NCBI RefSeq assembly: GCF_009914755.1
Contig: NC_060925.1
From: the human T2T-CHM13v2.0 reference genome, Homo sapiens
Reading direction: 5' to 3' (one strand)
DNA length: 64,000 nucleotides
The position numbers and the translations under genes were made by a program. Below the pieces are notes generated by a model. It was not told the DNA's origin, made no database searches, and saw only the letters and a list, made by a program, of their open reading frames with translations. Shown here piece by piece: positions 61,001 to 64,000 of this stretch (within the stretch, counting starts at the first letter, position 1; each line of letters begins with the position of its first letter).

Positions 61001-64000
61001 AAAGGGATCATGATTGAATGGAATTGAATGGAATCATCGAATGGTCTCGATTGGAATCATTATCAAATGGAATCGAATGGAATCACCGAATAGAATCGAA
61101 TGGAACAATCATCGAATGGACTCAAATGGAATTATCCTCAAATGGAATCGAATGGAATTATCGAATGCAATCGAATGGAATTTTCGAATGCAATCGAATA
61201 GAATCATCGAATGGACTCGAATGGAATCATCGAATGGAATGGAATGGAACAGTCAATGAACACGAATGGAATCATCATTGAATGGAATCGAATGGAATCA
61301 TCGAGTGGAATCGAATTGAATTATGATCAAATGGAATCGAATGTAATCATCATCAAATGGAATCAAAAATAACCATCATCAATTGCTATTGAATGGAATT
61401 GTCATCAAATGGAATTCAAAGGAATCATCATCAAATGGAACCGAATGGAATCCTCATTGAATGGAAATGAAAGGGGTCATCATCTAATGGAATCGCATGG
61501 AATCATCATCAAATGGAATCAAATGGAATCATCATCAAATGGAATCTAATGGAATCATTGAACAGAATTGAATGGAATCGTCATCAAATGAATTGAATGC
61601 AATCATCGAATGGTCTCGAATGGAATCATCTTCTAATGGAAAGGAATGGAATCATCGCATAGAATCGAATGGAATTATCATCGAATGGAATCGAATGGTA
61701 TCAACACCAAACGGAAAAAAACGGAATTATCGAATGGAATCGAAGAGAATCTTCGAACGGACCCGAATGGAATCATCTAATGGAATGGAATGGAATAATC
61801 CATGGACTCGAATGCAATCATCATCGAATGGAATCGAATGGAATCATCGAATGGACTCGAATGGAATAATCATTGAACGGAATCGAATGGAATCATCATC
61901 GGATGGAAACGAATGGAATCATCATCGAATGGAAATGAAAGGAGTCATCATCTAATGCAATTGCATGGAATCATCATCAAATGGAATCGAATGGAATCAA
62001 CATCAAATGGAATCTAATGGAATCATTGAACAGAATTGAATGGAATCGTCATCGAATGAATTGACTGCAATCATCGAATGGTCTCGAATGGAATCATCTT
62101 CAAATGGAATGGAATGGAATCATCGCATAGAATCGAATGGAATTATCATCGAATGGAATCGAATGGAATCAACATCAAACGGAAAAAAACAGAATTATCG
62201 AATGGAATCGAAGAGAATCATCGCATGGACCCGAATGGAATCATCTAATGGAATGGAATGGAATAATCCATGGACTCGAATGCAATCATCATCGAATGGA
62301 ATCGAATGGAATCATCGAGTGGACTCGAATGGAATAATCATTGAACGGAATCGAATGGAATCATCATCGGATGGAAATGAATGGAATCATCATCGAATGG
62401 AATCGAATAGAATTATGGAATTAAATCCAGTGTGATCATCATCGAATGGACCCGAATGGAATCATCATCCAACGGAAGCTAATGGAATCAACATCGAATG
62501 AATCAAATGGAAACACCATCGAATTGAAACGAATGGAATTATCATGAAATTGAAATGGATGGACTCATCATCGAATGGATTCCAATGGAATCATCGAATA
62601 AAATTGATTGAAATCATCATCGAATGGAATCGAATGGTATCATTGAATGGAATCGAATGGAATCATCATCAGATGGAAATGAATGGAATCGTCATAGAAT
62701 GGAATCGAATGGATTCATTGAATGGAATCAGATGGAATCATCGAATGGACTGGAATGGAATCATTGAATGGACTCGAAAGGGATCATGATTGAATGGAAT
62801 TGAATGGAATCATCGAATGGTCTCGATTGGAATCATTATCAAATGGAATCGAATGGAATCACCGAATAGAATCGAATGGAACAATCATCGAATGGACTCA
62901 AATGGAATTATCCTCAAATGGAATCGAATGGAATTATCGAATGCAATCGAATGGAATTATCGAATGCAATCGAATAGAATCATCGAATGGACTCGAATGG
63001 AATCATCGAATGGAATGGAATGGAACAGTCAATGAACTCGAATGGAATCATCATTGAATGGAATCGAATGGAATCATCGAGTGGAATCGAATGGAATTAT
63101 GATCAAATGGAATCGAATGTAATCATCATCAAATGGAATCAAAAATAACCATCATCAATTGGTATTGAATGGAATTGTCATCAAATGGAATTCAAAGGAA
63201 TCATCATCAAATGGAACCGAATGGAATCCTCATTGAATGGAAATGAAAGGGGTCATCATCTAATGGAATCGCATGGAATCATCATCAAATGGAATCGAAT
63301 GGAATCATCATCAAATGGAATCTAATGGAATCATTGAACAGAATTGAATGGAATCGTCATCGAATGAATTGAATGCAATCATCGAATGGTCTCGAATGGA
63401 ATCATCTTCTAATGGAAAGGAATGGAATCATCGCATAGAATCGAATGGAATTATCATCGAATGGAATCGAATGGTATCAACACCAAACGGAAAAAAACGG
63501 AATTATCGAATGGAATCGAAGAGAATCTTCGAACGGACCCGAATGGAATCATCTAATGGAATGGAATGGAATAATCCATGGACTCGAATGCAATCATCAT
63601 CGAATGGAATCGAATGGAATCATCGAATGGACTCGAATGGAATAATCATTGAACGGAATCGAATGGAATCATCATCGGATGGAAACGAATGGAATCATCA
63701 TCGAATGGAAATGAAAGGAGTCATCATCTAATGGAATTGCATGGAATCATCATAAAATGGAATCGAATGGAATCAACATCAAATCGAATCAAACGGAATC
63801 ATTGAACGGAATTGAATGGAATCGTCATCGAATGAATTGACTGCAATCATCGAATGGTCTCGAATGGAATCATCTTCAAATGGAATGGAATGGAATCATC
63901 GCATAGAATCGAATGGAATTATCACCGAATGGAATCGAATGGAATCAACATCAAACGGAAAAAAACGGAATTATCGAATGGAATCGAAGAGAATCATCGA
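58020..64000 (+). repeat. Long-range copy of about 32.1-33.7 kb (offset 25884) joined to about 35.5-39.9 kb (offset 24108)
   Basis: Shared private alleles at offset 25884: ggattcatcttc and atcatgtaat. At offset 24108: gaaatagatgg, ggaattttcg, aaaacagaatt, catcgcatggacc and ggattccaatgg. Confidence 0.87.

Larger units (their letters stand above)
1..64000 (+). repeat. Human Satellite 2 (HSATII) tandem array, GGAAT strand, about 1.77-kb higher-order unit (HSat2A / chr1q12-like)
   Basis: Continuous GAATG/GGAAT/CGAAT pentamers with atcatc spacers. The reverse complement reads CATTCGATTC, the HSat2 diagnostic, rather than the plain (CATTC)n of HSat3. The landmark atgaaattgaaatggatggac recurs 34 times (317 to 62544), mostly 1776 bp apart. 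A GAATTC in ggaattcaaagg occurs about once per unit, consistent with the classical 1.77-kb EcoRI fragment. Confidence 0.97.

Noticed and set aside
8-63731. Hundreds of 60-163 aa ORFs (MESSSNG/IEWN-rich) on the + strand
   Set aside because: They are translations of the satellite pentamers. They overlap in different frames, recur with the repeat period and gain or lose stops freely between copies. The absence of minus-strand ORFs reflects the many tca/tta/cta triplets that read as stops on that strand.
1-64000. CRISPR-like repeat/spacer array or other prokaryotic system
   Set aside because: There are no unique spacers and no cas or other genes. All intervening sequence is degenerate copies of the same monomer.
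1-64000. HSat3, alpha satellite or telomeric repeat
   Set aside because: (GGAAT)n runs are short (about 3 copies) and CGAAT/atcatc dominates. I saw no 171-bp monomer, CENP-B box or TTAGGG tract.
1-64000. Inversion or Alu/L1 insertion within the array
   Set aside because: The GGAAT strand is on + throughout. I saw no CATTC-oriented tract, poly(A) tail or foreign sequence, and landmark spacings are fully explained by satellite-internal indels.

Overview
The whole 64-kb window is one uninterrupted, single-orientation array of Human Satellite 2 (HSATII / classical satellite 2). It is built from degenerate GGAAT/CGAAT pentamers arranged in 23- and 26-bp monomers (for example gaatggaatcgaatggaatcatc[atc]). 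The dominant higher-order unit is 1776 bp with typically one EcoRI site, matching the classical 1.77-kb chromosome 1q12 repeat (HSat2A type). The chromosome and species assignment is an inference. I see no genes, RNA genes, transposons, inversions or unique sequence. The ORF track is an artefact of the repeat, but it makes a useful ruler: the unit is 804 + 468 + 504 bp and 34 copies of the core landmark occur. I found no evidence of a new gene system. What is interesting is the legible evolutionary record. It includes 1308-bp and 1063-bp deletion units, in-register indels (26, 49, 147, 156, 172, 393, 468 and 713 bp), a length-neutral 26-bp register-shift event and clustered substitutions at junctions. 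It also includes nested duplications with periods of 2538, 3552, 6391, about 6.5-6.7 kb and about 24-26 kb, and a left-to-right change from a rearranged domain to a regular one.
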